Notes under the pieces: model-generated
Told to the model about the DNA's origin: nothing
What the model saw: the letters and a program-made list of their open reading frames with translations, nothing else
The model's database searches: none
Translations under genes and position numbers: made by a program
NCBI GenBank assembly: GCA_002269645.1
Contig: NIVC01003511.1
Location: forward strand, 30,374 to 94,373
Length of the DNA: 64,000 nucleotides
Origin: Macrostomum lignano
Lineage: Eukaryota
Direction of reading: 5' to 3'
Shown: positions 1 to 12,187 of the stretch, piece after piece
How the letters are laid out: every line of letters starts with the position of its first letter
Position numbering within the stretch: the stretch's first letter is position 1

Positions 1-798
1 TTCTGAGCCAGCATTACCAAGAAGCACCGGCAAGTGATGTGCGATTCCAATGAAAAAATTCGCATTAAAGCAGAATTTGAAGTTTCGTCTATTAAGTCAT
101 CACCAGTTCACCAGGCCATTGGGTCTCAGCTACACGTCTCGATGTTTGGGAAATCCCTGGTGGAGATGCACATCTATGGCTGCTCAACTCTGTTTTAACA
201 GAAACACGGGCACTGGAAAACATTGCTGAGGAGAGCGGCCCGCATACTCATTCCATCGGGATTCCCCGTGGCTCTCTTTGAGCTCTTCAGCTGCAGAGTC
301 CGGCTCCAGGAAGTCTGCAGGGTAAAGCTTTAGTTGCTGGGCATCAGATGAGCTCCTTAGCGCTTTGAAGTGCGCGTGGTAGGGATAGAGCAGGTCTCCG
401 CCAGACACCACTCGCTGGTTAATGTTCACAATTACATCTGAGAAGGCTGTAGACAGAACAAAATTTTCTGGGTGCACATCAGTGTCTCTGCGATCAGTGA
501 TGATAACATCTCTGTCTCGAACATTCTCCCTTATCAACTCCATCCAGTCTCACAAGGCGGCAGTGAATATAAAGAAAAGAATTAAGTGAATCTGTGTATT
601 CAGCAGCAGATTTGTGGCAGTCAAATTGAATGGGTGAGTTTGGAGTAATGTAATTAACTGGGTAAATGTCAAAATAAGTAGCCTTTTAATGCAGGTTTGC
701 ATAATGGGAGTCTTAAGTAAATCAAGTCGAGGATTGAATCCGTAAGCCGCGTCTGTGACAGAGTAGTGCACTCGTAGCCTTGGTCGGCTTTCTTCCAT
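1..798 (-). pseudogene. Maverick/Polinton major capsid protein (PY/MCP) remnant, frameshifted, runs off the window start
   Basis: ORF 550-798 reads RLDLLKTPIMQTCIK, like the MCP N-terminal ELDLFxxPxxQTxI motif. ORF 184-543 reads NFVLSTAFSDVIVNINQRVVSGGDLLYPYHAHF, like NxLHSLFSxVxVxLNxxxVSxxxxLYPYxAY. The next segment LNRRNFKFCF resembles LxRSxxxFCLM. Stops and frameshifts separate the pieces. Confidence 0.7.
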
Positions 799-1029
799 TG
801 CACCTCTTATACCTCTTCTCCACCACTCGCCCTTTAAGTGCGCTTTTTCCTCCTCAAACGTTTCAGATTTGGTTCAATATTTCTTTTGCGCTTGACATTG
901 CTACGAGTTGAGGGTGCGGATGATGTAGTGGAGGCCGGTATGTCCTGATCCCTGGAAAGCTCCCACAGCCATAGAGTGCATGCTTTTAGTGTCCTATTCT
1001 TACCCTCCAATATATTGCTGAATCAGCTG

Positions 1030-1830
1030 CTGTTCTTTCGTTGCAATAGGTTCACCGGAATCTGGACAGAGCATAACAGAGCTGTGTGTCTGTGCAAACT
1101 CTATTGCAATCACACAGCTCGTACGGTCGCTGTGAGTCCGACGCCGCCTGCAGTTCGTGCTTGTGAAATAACCCTTGGATCTTTTCTCCTTTCGTGTCTG
1201 GTATCCTGTACGTGTAAGGATAGCGTTTCGGAGCTATTTTTGCAACTACAGTGTACTCGTACACCTTCTCGCTCTAGTTTGCTTTGTGAATTTCAATACA
1301 TTTACTTTTCTGAATAGTCCGGGTCCGGTGAAAAGTGTCACTTTGGTTTCCTGACTTTATCCAACACTGGTTTCTAGTGCCTTGCGGTCAACACAGGTTC
1401 ATCTGCACTTCCGGCTCGTTTTGCTTGCAAAAATTTCTTGTAAAAAGCAGCATATTGTACTACTTCAGTAACTTTGACAGCGCATCAACCCACTTTTATT
1501 CTTTAAAGTTTTGCCCCATCGTTTCCAATCGATGATTTCAGCTTGCTGCTTGTTTTAAACGCTAGAATTCCATTTTACGCTCGTATGTGCAAGCTCTGAC
1601 GAAAGCTCGAATTGACAATTTTTTCCCCTGGTCTGAGCGAACTGTTCGCTTTAATTGTGCTCTTCGAAATTGTCTCGAGAGCAGACCTCACATCTGCTGC
1701 TGATTTAGTCGTTAGCGGCTTGGTCCAGGCAATTATTTTGACAGCACTTCGATGCATGTGAGGATATACTTGTATCCCTGATTGTACTTTGCGAATGGAA
1801 TTATTTCTACCAGATACAGTTCTTTTAAGG
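1030..1830 (-). pseudogene. Maverick/Polinton retroviral-like (rve) integrase remnant
   Basis: Manual minus-strand reading gives these collinear pieces: LVEIIPFAKYNQGYKYILTCIEVLSK, AWTKPLTTKSAADVRSALETI, AEII..KTLKNK, WVDALSKLLK*YN, NEPEVQMNL, and N*SEKVY..YPYTYRIPDTKGEKIQGLFHKHELQ. These match Maverick integrase motifs (GYKYILTxIDVFSK, KxIxGxFYxxELQ), with several stops and frameshifts. Confidence 0.8.
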
Positions 1831-2664
1831 TCCTCTTGTCTCCCGCTGTTTCGTTCTAATCCTCCGACTTTGTCTGACTTTAAAGTACGAGTACTTCAAG
1901 TACAATATTTGTAAGACTGCTACACAGAGCCTAAACTTTTCGTCCCCTGCTGCTGGAGGGGGAGGGTTCCTTTGTGGTTAGCAACGCCCGGGCTCAAAAA
2001 CAAACACATTCAAACGGTTTTACAATAAATTAGTACGTTGCTATGGGGCGAGATAATTTTTTATTATCAGTAATTATTTTGTCTAGGTTAAGTTAGAGCG
2101 ATTAGGGACAGTCAGACTGAAGTCTTGTGCGCGCATCAGACCGCCGGTCCAGTCCAGCCCCTTGGTTGCTATGCTCCTCGGGGTTGCTCATCGGCGTTGG
2201 GGTGGCTGCTGCTTCTTCCTCTCCAGTCGGCCAATTTTCACACTTACCAGAACTGACTTCGCTTATCTCACCTGTTTTGCCTGGCACCGCACCGACTGGC
2301 CTGGTATCTGGAATGGAGGGTGGCTGTTCTATTCTTATCATGCTCATGGTCCCCGCTACTTACCTCTAATCGTCCGATTCAGACGCCTTATCTTTCACTT
2401 CTACCTTTTGCACTTCTAAGCTAAGCTCGCCTTGCTCGGCGCTGTTTTACTTTAACTTCTTTGTGCAACTTATTCTCTGCTAATTTCTAATTCCTATGGT
2501 TCTCACTGATCATTTATAGCTCGAACAACAATGAGTACTCAGGGATAATTTCTGTTTGTAAATAAAGTTCAATATCAACATTAAGTTTTAGTTATTTATT
2601 TGAGTTGCCGATGGATTTCGTCCAACAATTGGACATCTTCAGGGTCGAAATTTATTTGAACCAA

Positions 2665-2852
2665 ATTATTGAACACAAACAGTATATATAGTGAGTGGAG
2701 AGAAGTATTATTGGTAACCGAAATGCATTCTTCCCCTACCAATGCTTCTACTTTCGATTAATATGTACAAGTTTTTAAACCATCAAAATTACATGTACTC
2801 GTACTTTCATACTTCTCCCCACTCACTATATATACTGTTTGGGTTCAATAAT
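2665..2852. repeat. 44-bp inverted repeat with a 100-bp spacer (MITE-like or hairpin)
   Basis: 2665-2708 (attattgaacacaaacagtatatatagtgagtggagagaagtat) is the reverse complement of 2809-2852 with 2 mismatches. Confidence 0.85.
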
Positions 2853-3309
2853 CTACTTTTTCTACTTTTATTCAATTCAATTTATCTACTTTTCATTAAG
2901 CGAGCCACTTTGCCTAATTTCTGTTTAATGTTCGATAATCCAACTCTTATGTGATTTTTATCCGACTTTAATGCCTTGTTTTCGAGCCCACATCGAGCCC
3001 TCATTTAGAAGTCCGTTGCAACCAGAAAAATTGCTGCTTGGGCTGCTCGGGGTGAAAGGTGATATCTTTTCCACCCACTTAAAATTCAAGTAAGACAAGA
3101 CAGATTTCTTTCTTAAATGCTTCAAAGACTGCGACAGATGACCTTTAATAGAAGAGCAGTGTATTTTAGTAACATATTGTGTAGTATCATGAAAATTGAT
3201 ATAAGAACGAATTAAGGCGAGCATACACACACACGTACACACGAAGAGAATTTCTGTAGTAGAATACTTCGAAATAGTTGCTGTCATTCAGAAAGAACTT
3301 CACTCATCC

Positions 3310-4170
3310 TCATTGTCTTAGTTCGGCATCCATATTGGCCTCTTGACCGCATTCTTCCTGGACGTTGCTTTCGTTTCCTGACGTTGTTTGTTGCAGCCGC
3401 ACGAGTCCAAAATCGGTACCACACCGGAGCTTCTTGCAAGTCCGTGTCCTCTGGCAGGGATGTTCCCAGCATCGGCTGAGGGCATCTGAGGGCGTTGAAG
3501 TCACCGGCTGGTTAACGATCGTCAGCTCTGTTGGTTAGCGGGCATCCTCTCTGCTCTCATTCAGTTCAGTCTTGACTGGTAGCTTCACGGTGTCAAAATC
3601 ATCTTCATCAGTGTCAGATGAGCTCAGCTCGTACTTCATTACTTAACTTGTCATCCAGCTGGAAGCTTCCCACGTTTTTGCCTCATGAGCGAAGGCAGGG
3701 GCAGGGTGCATGAGTTTCACGAACTCCTCACAACAGTCCTCTGACAGTCGCTTAAACCAAATTATTCTTTGTCTGACTTCGACGAACTTGTCGAAGCCTA
3801 ACTTCACCACCTTAGTTTCCCTGCTTAGAGCGGCCTCACGAGGGAGCGGTTTACCTCTTTCAGTTTCGCCTACTGACGCATATTGAGGTTGAAGCTGGGA
3901 ACTAAAGGCTTGAGGCTGATGACGCTGCCTTATTGCTTCATTATTGCAAAAAAATTCTGTCTTTAGAATTTTGGCTACCCTAACGTACGTGCCTCACAGA
4001 ATCGTCTTTCGCAGATTCGCAAATACTTTTTTCAAAGCTGCTCCCTTTGCGCTAGTATATCTATGGCGGAGTGGGGTGAGTGCCGGAGGGAGGATGCTGG
4101 GAAAAAGGCTTGGTTGGTTACATTGGTACGTCTCACTCCAAATGCATAGCACTTCACACTCTGCAGGCAT
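3310..4170 (-). pseudogene. Decayed ORF of unknown function, possibly part of the Maverick relic
   Basis: A minus-strand TATAAATA at about 4207-4214 precedes an ATG (MPAECEVLC). A long frame REAALSRETKVVKLGFDKFVEVRQRIIWFKRLSED...DAELRQ is interrupted by two in-frame stops. No family recognised. Confidence 0.3.
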
Positions 4171-4699
4171 AATGCTAGGCTGGGTTTTCAAATAGCTCGT
4201 TAAGCAGGTATATTTATAGCTACTGAGGCTTCCATATGAATAGGTTTTTATTTGCTGTCTAAATTAAACGAGTCAAATTTTCAACATTAAAACAGTACGT
4301 GCAGTGACAGAGACTAACGTCTACAAAACTATACGAGTACACCTCTTGTTTATAACTCGATTACGCTTATCATATTTATAACTCCGGTTAGCGCAGAGTT
4401 GTGCAGCTCCACAACGACACTGCCCTAATCTTTAACATTGCCGCCTATCTCCCTAGGGAAAGTGCGTCAGCGTTCAACTAACCCACACTACTATCCGCCT
4501 CAGTCCATTTAAACAAATTTCTCTGCACAGAGAGAGCTCAGAGATTTCAGTCCGTGACAGCGGGACTTTTGCTGCTGCTGCTGAGCTGGCAGGCAAATTC
4601 GCTTGAAGAAGAGCAAAGCACTCAGTTTGAAGCCGTGTGGAACAGCTGCGGCAGACAGCAGATCGGCAGAGAAGTGCTGCTAGGAGAAGCAGTGTAGCC

Positions 4700-7304
4700 A
4701 TGGCAACAGAGATGGAGCAGAAGCTGAGACAGGCGCTGGAGTCTGGAGACAGCGAGGAGCTGCAGCGACTGTGCGGTGAGGTCGGCAGCAACATCGAGCT
4801 GAAGGTGGGCGGGTTCGACAAGCAAGAATATCCCTTTAGGCAGCGTCGCCGAATGCCGCTGGCCCATCACTTGGCCTGCAAGCCGGTGAGTTCGTCCTGC
4901 CTGGAGCTGCTGATTGACAGATTCGGACCCGGCTGTCTGACATATATAAATGACAGTGATCAGACTCCAGTGCACTTGGCAGCCCAGCATCAGGACGAGT
5001 CTTGGATGAAGCTGGTTAAAGAGAAAGGAGGCAGAGGCTGTCTTAGAAATGTTGATCAGTGGGGGCAGACAGTCGCTCACTTTGCCGCTATGAACAGAAA
5101 AAGCAGTTCTTGTCTAAAGTGGCTGGTGAAGGAGCTCAGCGGCGACTATCTTACAGCTCCTGATAAAGACGGTGACACGGCCGTTCATTTGGCCGCTAGG
5201 CATAAGGGCATCGAGTCGCTGGAGTGGATCAAGAGACAGATCGGAACTGACTGCTTCCGGCTGAAGGGGTGGTTGGATAGAACAGCATTACACTTTGCTG
5301 CTCAGAAGTCTGACAATTCAAACCTGAAGTGGCTGGTGAAGGAGCTCGGCAGCGACTGTCTCACAGTTCCTGATGAATACGGGAGCACGGCCATCCATTT
5401 GGCCGCTCTGTATCAAGGCATCGAGTCGCTGGAGTGGATCAAGAGACAGATCGGAACTGACTGCTTTCGGCTGAAGGGATTTTGGGATAGAACAGCATTT
5501 CACAGTGCTGCCTGGAAGTCTGACAATTCAAATCTGAAGTGGCTGGTGAAGGAACTCGGCAGCGAGTGTCTCACAGTTCCTGACAAAGAAGGTGACACGG
5601 CCGTCCATTTGGCCGCTCAGCGGCAGCCAGTCGACTCTCTTCAGTTCATTTTTGATCAAATCGGAGCCGAAACGTTCAGCTTAAAGAACAACAAGGGCAA
5701 AACACCGGCTAATATTGTTGAAAGTGATCGGTGCCGAACAGACCAGTCAGCAAAGCGGGCCTTGATTCCCTCTACGCAGCGGCGGCTCGAAGCCTCTCGG
5801 CCTCCCGCTGGCAGTTCAGCGCCGACTGCCGCCTCAGCTGGGTGAGTCCTGACTGAGAACTGCAGCCTGACACTGAAAATACTAAAAATATTTTTGGTGA
5901 GAATTAATTGCGCTTTGATGATCGGCGCCCTGAAATTCTCATCAGAGCCACAGTAAAGTGAGGGCGTCACGAATTTGTCAGGGCAGCTCCTCATGGCGCT
6001 TCAACCTCCTGATGGAAGATATTCGCCTCATTCGCTTCCCACAGCGCTGCAGCTCCGCGTCCCCGCCCCCGAGCGCGCGAGCGGGTCAAGCCGTCTGGGC
6101 CGTCCGAGGGGGGACTTTCTGAGGAGACTGGGTGAGTCCACGCGGGGAGACACGGAAGGTTGGTGACACAAAGGCTGAGTGACTCCAAAGTACCAGTACT
6201 TAGGAAGCCCTAATCAACACAAAATTCATCGGATTCCTTCACCTCAATGTTTTCAGCGCCAAGAAGCAGCTGGACCCCAGCTTCACCGACTGGGACTTCA
6301 TCCTGCAGGACAGCAAGAAGCAGCTCATCGGCCGTGGTGCATTCGGTGAGGTGTACAAGGCCCTTACAGATCGTATCCAGACGGTGGCTGTCAAGGTGCT
6401 GCCCCTGAGCGGCACCGGAGAATCGGGGAAGTTGCAGAAAGCCGTCGAGATGGAGAAGCGGGGAGTTGAGATTCTCAAGCGACTCTCACATCCCAACATT
6501 GTGCAGTTCCTCAAGTGCGAGCAGAAGTCGGATGGGCTGTACATCTTCACCGAGCTGGTCTCGGGTCACAGCCTCTTTGAGCTGATGAAGCGTCAGAACA
6601 AGCCGTTCCAGGAGTCCTGGGTCAGGGACTTCTCCAGACAGGTGCGTCTCTGGGCTCTCTGGCATTGCCTGGCATGTGTGGAATCAGGTGGGATCAGTGT
6701 GGGATCAGTTTGCGATCAGTGTGTGCGATCAGTGTAGGATCAGTGTGGGATCAGTGTGGGTGAGATCCAGAATGGATAGATGCATTCTCATGACTGCTCA
6801 AAACTGCTACACCTGCAGATCTGCTCAGGCCTGAACTTCCTGCACTGCCAGCCGGAGGGCGCTATCTTGCACCGAGACATCAAAAGCGGAAATATAATGC
6901 TCACCAACGAGGGAGTCATCAAGCTGATCGACTTCGGTCTGGCCAGGGAGATATTCACCACCTGCGGCTTGAGCGCAGGCAACCCGCCAAAAGGCACCTG
7001 GCACTTCATGGCGCCCGAGCTGTTCATGGGCGAGGGTGACTCGATTCCGTACTCAGCCAAGACCGACGTGTGGGCCTTCGGCTGCACCGTGTATGAGCTG
7101 ACGGCCATGCAGCCTCCTGACGCGAACGTTCAGAAGTTCAGGATCGCCGTTCTGAGGTGCGGAGGGCGGGCGATGCCTCGGATTGCGGATGGGTTCTCAG
7201 CCGGCCTGAAGGACTTCTACCTCAGGTGCGTAGACTATGACCCGAGGGAGCGAGCGGACACTGCGGAGCTGCTGCGGCACAGCTTCCTGAGTGCCTCATC
7301 GTGA
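4700..7304 (+). CDS. Ankyrin-repeat + STE11/MAP3K-like Ser/Thr kinase, copy 1; join(4700-5841,6257-6641,6819-7304), 670 aa
   Basis: GT-AG introns with compatible phases (2 and 0) give 2013 nt. There are 8 full ankyrin repeats of about 35 aa (TPVHLAA, TAVHLAA, TALHFAA). The kinase has GRGAFGEVY, VAVK, HRDIKSGN, DFG, GTWHFMAPE and DVWAFG. Confidence 0.9.
6677..6762 (+). repeat. 11-bp GTGGGATCAGT repeat in intron 2 of kinase copy 1 (about 7 units)
   Basis: Visible tandem units. The equivalent intron of copy 2 has about 15 units. Confidence 0.85.
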
Positions 7305-9455
7305 CTGCGAGAGCGATGGGCTGTGAGGGAGCGGAGCGACTTTCGGTCGGTCTGTCGGTTTTGCTTGCTGACACAGAATGTTGTCTGTTAATCATTGAGT
7401 TTGATAGTTTATTTGATTATTAGTGGCTCTTTTTCTTTATCTAATTGCAATTTTTTACCCGATTGCCCTTTGGCCTTTTGTTATCTAATTTTTGCATCCC
7501 TGGGCTTCGAGGTCTGTAGCGAGCACAGGGTACACATTAGTATACAGTCCCTTGCTTGCATGCGTCACGACACACTTACATAGTTAGCGCCTTAGCGGTA
7601 GAGGCTGACGCCCAGCCAGTGTCAACTTTTGGCCTTGCTGATTGTTTAGTTGCTTCACAAGTAATCTGGCAGTAAGGAACTGTCTTGTGCGCAGAGCGGG
7701 AAAGGAGGGACAGAGAAGCGAGAAAGGCACTTCCCCAAGACACGGAGGGAGCCGCTATAGCCACTGCCTGGAGAGTGGGAAAGGCCACAAACCCTCTAAC
7801 CTAGCACCCCAACACCGACCCAGCCGAACGGCCGCCCAGCCCAGACCACCACAGACACAATAACAACAAAGGGCAAAACTGGCCGCAGCCAATCAGCAAT
7901 GCGCTAATCACAAAGCACCCATCCAGTGCCGCACAATACTAGGGGGGGACCACTACGAGCATACTTACAAAGCCTGAGCGGCCGCCAACCGCACCCCAGC
8001 AAACAATCCCCAAGCAGCCCAAAAAAGGTAAACAGTAATAAAGAGAAGCGGTTTAAGCCAGCTGTCTGAGGCAGACACAAGGGTGGAGGCACGGGCGCCC
8101 AGCTGCCTCTACGGGAGCTGACTCCAAGCATGGTTCATGTGATCTACCAAGTTTTTCAAGTTAAGTGATTTGAAAATGATTGTAAGAGAGTTGAGAAAAA
8201 TTCGGTACTGAATTCCGTCTCAACTTTTATTTTTGTTGTTTTGAAATGACACACTTTACGATACCAAGATCACTATGTATAACATAAATTGCATGACGAT
8301 AAGTGCCCTGCTCGAAGGCATGGAAATGAAAGTAAGAGAGAAAACTCGAACAAAATAGAATGGCAATTGGTTAGGATAAAGTTAGTGTCAGATAACTTAT
8401 AAAGCTGGGCAGTAAGTAGAATAAAATTTATATCAAAATTCTAAAAAAAGCAAGCACATATTGTAAGACAGTAGATACTCAAATAGATATTGTGAAAGGG
8501 GAATTCCAAAATGGAGGCCTAGAAATACCTAAAAGTGGCACTAAGCAGAATTTTTGTTCTGCTCCTTCTTGAATCAAGTGTGTATATAATAATGATAGAT
8601 TTTGTGACGAAAAATTCATTTTTTCCTATCTCCGCATTGTATATTTTTCGAAAATCGGCCTCCAAAAAGTACTCAATATTTGACTTTTACAACCTGTTGC
8701 ACTACAGTGGTCCGTGCATAGTTACCAAACGTTAGGCTCTGATTTTGGTCCCGGCCAAGCCCCTTTGACTTCCCAAATCGTTGGTTTGCTCCATATAGTG
8801 AAGAGCCTCTGAAGTCTGAAGACGACTGCCGATTAGCCTAACTTGAAATTCCATCAGTTTCAGCTGCTCATATAGCTACTCGTAGGTCTGCTAATAATCA
8901 TCGTGCGAATTCAGTTTGCAGCACTGATCTTTGTATACCTCTAGCCATCTGTTTAGCATTGTGGTTGACTTTCGTAGAGTACAGTTTCGGTCGCAGCAGA
9001 ATCCATTCCTTTGTGCCAACCAGCGGGTGCATCCTCCATGCAACCTCAATATTGAGCCTTCAGGTCATCCCACTTTAGTGGATGTTAAGCTGGGTAGTTG
9101 GACGTCTCTAGCAGATGTTGTTCGACTAGTTTAGCTGCAAGATGTAACCGTGAAAATCAAGTCTCTTAAAACTCAGAAAGAAAGAGTCTGCCTCTCCCTT
9201 CTACTAAAAACTGCTTCGAAGTAACGTAACTAGCTAAAAAAAAATCTGTCACAACCTAATTGTACGAGCGGAACACTACTTTCGAAAACTGCAACTTTAT
9301 ATTTGATAAATACAAAGTCGTAAATGAGCAAACGACATATTTTTCACTGAGATGTTATTACGAATATATTTAAAGCAGAATCTCAGCTTTCTGGGATAGA
9401 ATGCAGGTGAAAATCGGTAATAAAAACAAAGGAAGAAACTTTGATTGGAGGCGTG

Positions 9456-11041
9456 GCCGCAACCCTAAGGGTCTCTTGCTTGCCGCAACCCTAAGGGTCT
9501 CTTGCTTGCCGCAACCGTAAGGGTCTTTTGCTTGCCGCAACCCTAAGGGTCTTTTGCTTGCCGCAACCCTAAGGGTCTTTTGCTTGCCGCAACCCTAAGG
9601 GTCTCTTGCTTGCCGCAACCCTAAGGGTCTCTTGCTTGCCGCAACCCTAAAGGGCTTTTGCTTTCCGCAACCCTAAGGGTCTCTTGCTTGCCGCAACCCT
9701 AAGGGTCTTTTGCTTGCCGCAACCGTAAGGGTCTTTTGCTTGCCGCAACCCTAAGGGTCTCTTGCTTGCCGCAACCCTAAGGGTCTCTTGCTTGCCGCAA
9801 CCCTAAAGGGCTTTTGCTTTCCGCAACCCTAAGGGTCTCTTGCTTGCCGCAACCCTAAGGGTCTTTTGCTTGCCGCAACCGTAAGGGTCTTTTGCTTGCC
9901 GCAACCCTAAGGGTCTTTTGCTTGCCGCAACCCTAAGGGTCTTTTGCTTGCCGCAACCCTAAGGGTCTCTTGCTTGCCGCAACCCTAAGGGTCTCTTGCT
10001 TGCCGCAACCCTAAAGGGCTTTTGCTTTCCGCAACCCTAAGGGTCTCTTGCTTGCCGCAACCCTAAGGGTCTTTTGCTTGCCGCAACCCTAAGGGTCTTT
10101 TGCTTGCCGCAACCCTAAGGGTCTCTTGCTTGCCGCAACACTAAGGGTCTCTTGCTTGCCGCAACCCTAAGGGTCTTTTGCTTGCCGCAACCCTAAGGGT
10201 CTTTTGCTTGCCGCAACCCTAAGGGTCTTTTGCTTGCCGCAACCCTAAGGGTCTCTTGCTTGCCGCAACACTAAGGGTCTCTTGCTTGCCGCAACCCTAA
10301 GGGTCTCTTGCTTGCCGCAACACTAAGGGTCTCTTGCTTGCCGCAACCCTAAGGGTCTTTTGCTTGCCGCAACCCTAAGGGTCTTTTGCTTGCCGCAACC
10401 CTAAGGGTCTTTTGCTTGCCGCAACCCTAAGGGTCTCTTGCTTGCCGCAACCCTAAGGGTCTCTTGCTTGCCGCAACCCTAAAGGGCTTTTGCTTGCCGC
10501 AACCCTAAGGGTCTCTTGCTTGCCGCAACCCTAAGGGTCTCTTGCTTGCCGCAACCCTAAAGGGCTTTTGCTTGCCGCAACCCTAAGGGTCTCTTGCTTG
10601 CCGCAACCCTAAGGGTCTTTTGCTTGCCGCAACCCTAAAGGGCTTTTGCTTGCCGCAACCCTAAAGGTCTCTTGCTTGCCGCAACCCTAAGGGTCTCTTG
10701 CTTGCCGCAACCCTAAAGGGCTTTTGCTTGCCGCAACCCTAAAGGTCTCTTGCTTCCCGCAACCCTAAAGGGCTTTTGCTTGCCGCAACCCTAAGGGTCT
10801 TTTGCTTGCCGCAACCCTAAGGGTCTCTTGCTTGCCGCAACACTAAGGGTCTCTTGCTTGCCGCAACCCTAAGGGTCTCTTGCTTGCCGCAACCCTAAGG
10901 GTCTCTTGCTTGCCGCAACCCTAAGGGTCTTTTGCTTGCCGCAACCCTAAGGGTCTCTTGCTTGCCGCAACCCTAAAGGGCTTTTGCTTGCCGCAACCCT
11001 AAGGGTCTCTTGCTTGCCGCAACCCTATGGGTCTCTTGCTG
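9456..11041. repeat. 26-bp tandem satellite GCCGCAACCCTAAGGGTCTCTTGCTT, about 61 copies
   Basis: Period measured 9456 to 9482. Variants include a 27-bp form (CCCTAAAGGGCTTT). No unique spacers. Confidence 0.97.
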
Positions 11042-11274
11042 GGCGCCGATGTCTTTTGTTAAACCCCGCTGTCTCCAGGTGTGGACCGGTATCTCGGGCC
11101 GGTTGGAGGTACATCCAAGAGTGGCAAAAGTTGAGCTCGCTCATCTCATTTATCAAGTTTTGTTGCCTCGCATTTTTTCTTGGAGTAAATATGGGAAAAC
11201 TATAGGAGATTCATCATGGGAGAAATTTTATTTTTTTATTTAGTTTTCAAAGTATGTGCCTTCACCAAGCGCCA

Positions 11275-11855
11275 CATGGAAATCTCCTGTTAGACATGGG
11301 AGTCTCCTGTTAGATGTTTGAGAGTACGCATTTTCCAGTTTTCAACAGTTCAGTACAGGAGAATAAAAAAATTTTTTATAGCTATTACAGAGTTCCAACG
11401 ATGTATCAAAGCTTTATATAGGAAAGGTAATGACCTGCGTGTGGACATCTAACAGGAGACTCCCATGGCTAACAGGAGACTCCCATGGCTAACAGGAGAC
11501 TTCCAGGGTTAACAGGAGACTCCCATGGCTAACAGGAGACTCCCAGGGTTAACAGGAGACTCCCATGGCTAACAAGAGACTCCCATGGCTAACAGGAGAC
11601 TCCCAGGGTTAACAGGAGACTCCCATGGCTAACAGGAGACTCCCAGGGTTAACAGGAGACTCCCATGGCTAACAGGAGACTCCCATGGCTAACAGGAGAC
11701 TCCCAGGGTTAACAGGAGACTCCCATGGCTAAAAAGAGACTCCCAGGGTTAACAGGAGACTCCCATGGCTAACAGGAGACTCCCACGGCTAACAGGAGAC
11801 TCCCACGGCTAACAGGAGACTCCCACGGCTAACAGGAGACTCCCACGGCTAACAG
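11275..11855. mobile_element. MITE/foldback-like element whose inverted arms are built of a 20-bp unit; the right arm is expanded to about 20 copies
   Basis: Left arm 11275-11317 (2 units, catgggagtctcctgttaga) is the reverse complement of the right arm, which starts at 11445 (acatctaacaggagactcccatggct...) and repeats AACAGGAGACTCCCATGGCT to 11855. Confidence 0.65.
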
Positions 11856-12187
11856 TCAGGACACAGCGGGTCACGGCAAGTCAGGACACAGCAGGTCACG
11901 GCAAGTCAGGACACAGCGGGTCACGGCAAGTCAGGACACAGCGGGTCACGGCAAGTCAGGACACAGCGGGTCACGGCAAGTCAGGACACAGCGGGTCACG
12001 GCAAATCAGGACACAGCGGGTCACGGCAAGTCAGGACACAGTGGGTCACGGCAAGCTAAACGGTGTCTGTATATTTAACTGAGAACTCTTGAGTAAGCAC
12101 TGGGCTTCCTGCTCCAACAGTTGCTAGTAAAAGTTCAGTCCAAAAATCATGCAAACACAAAAATCAGTTGCTCGGAAAAAGCGCCTC
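11856..12187 (+). mobile_element. Dispersed repeat: 25-bp minisatellite (TCAGGACACAGCGGGTCACGGCAAG, about 8 copies) plus a conserved flank of about 130 bp
   Basis: The same array and the same flank (aaacggtgtct..ttgagtaagcactggg..ccaacagttgcta..gtccaaaaatca) recur at 26236-26580. Confidence 0.75.

Noticed and set aside
7560-8140. GC-rich non-coding blocks resembling LTRs or LINE UTRs (also 13200-13660, 40740-41040, 59300-59950)
   Set aside because: No termini, TSDs, second copies or protein motifs could be established by eye.
9456-11041. CRISPR-like or telomeric array
   Set aside because: The units are contiguous with no unique spacers and there are no cas genes. The CCCTAA hexamer occurs once per 26 bp, not in tandem.
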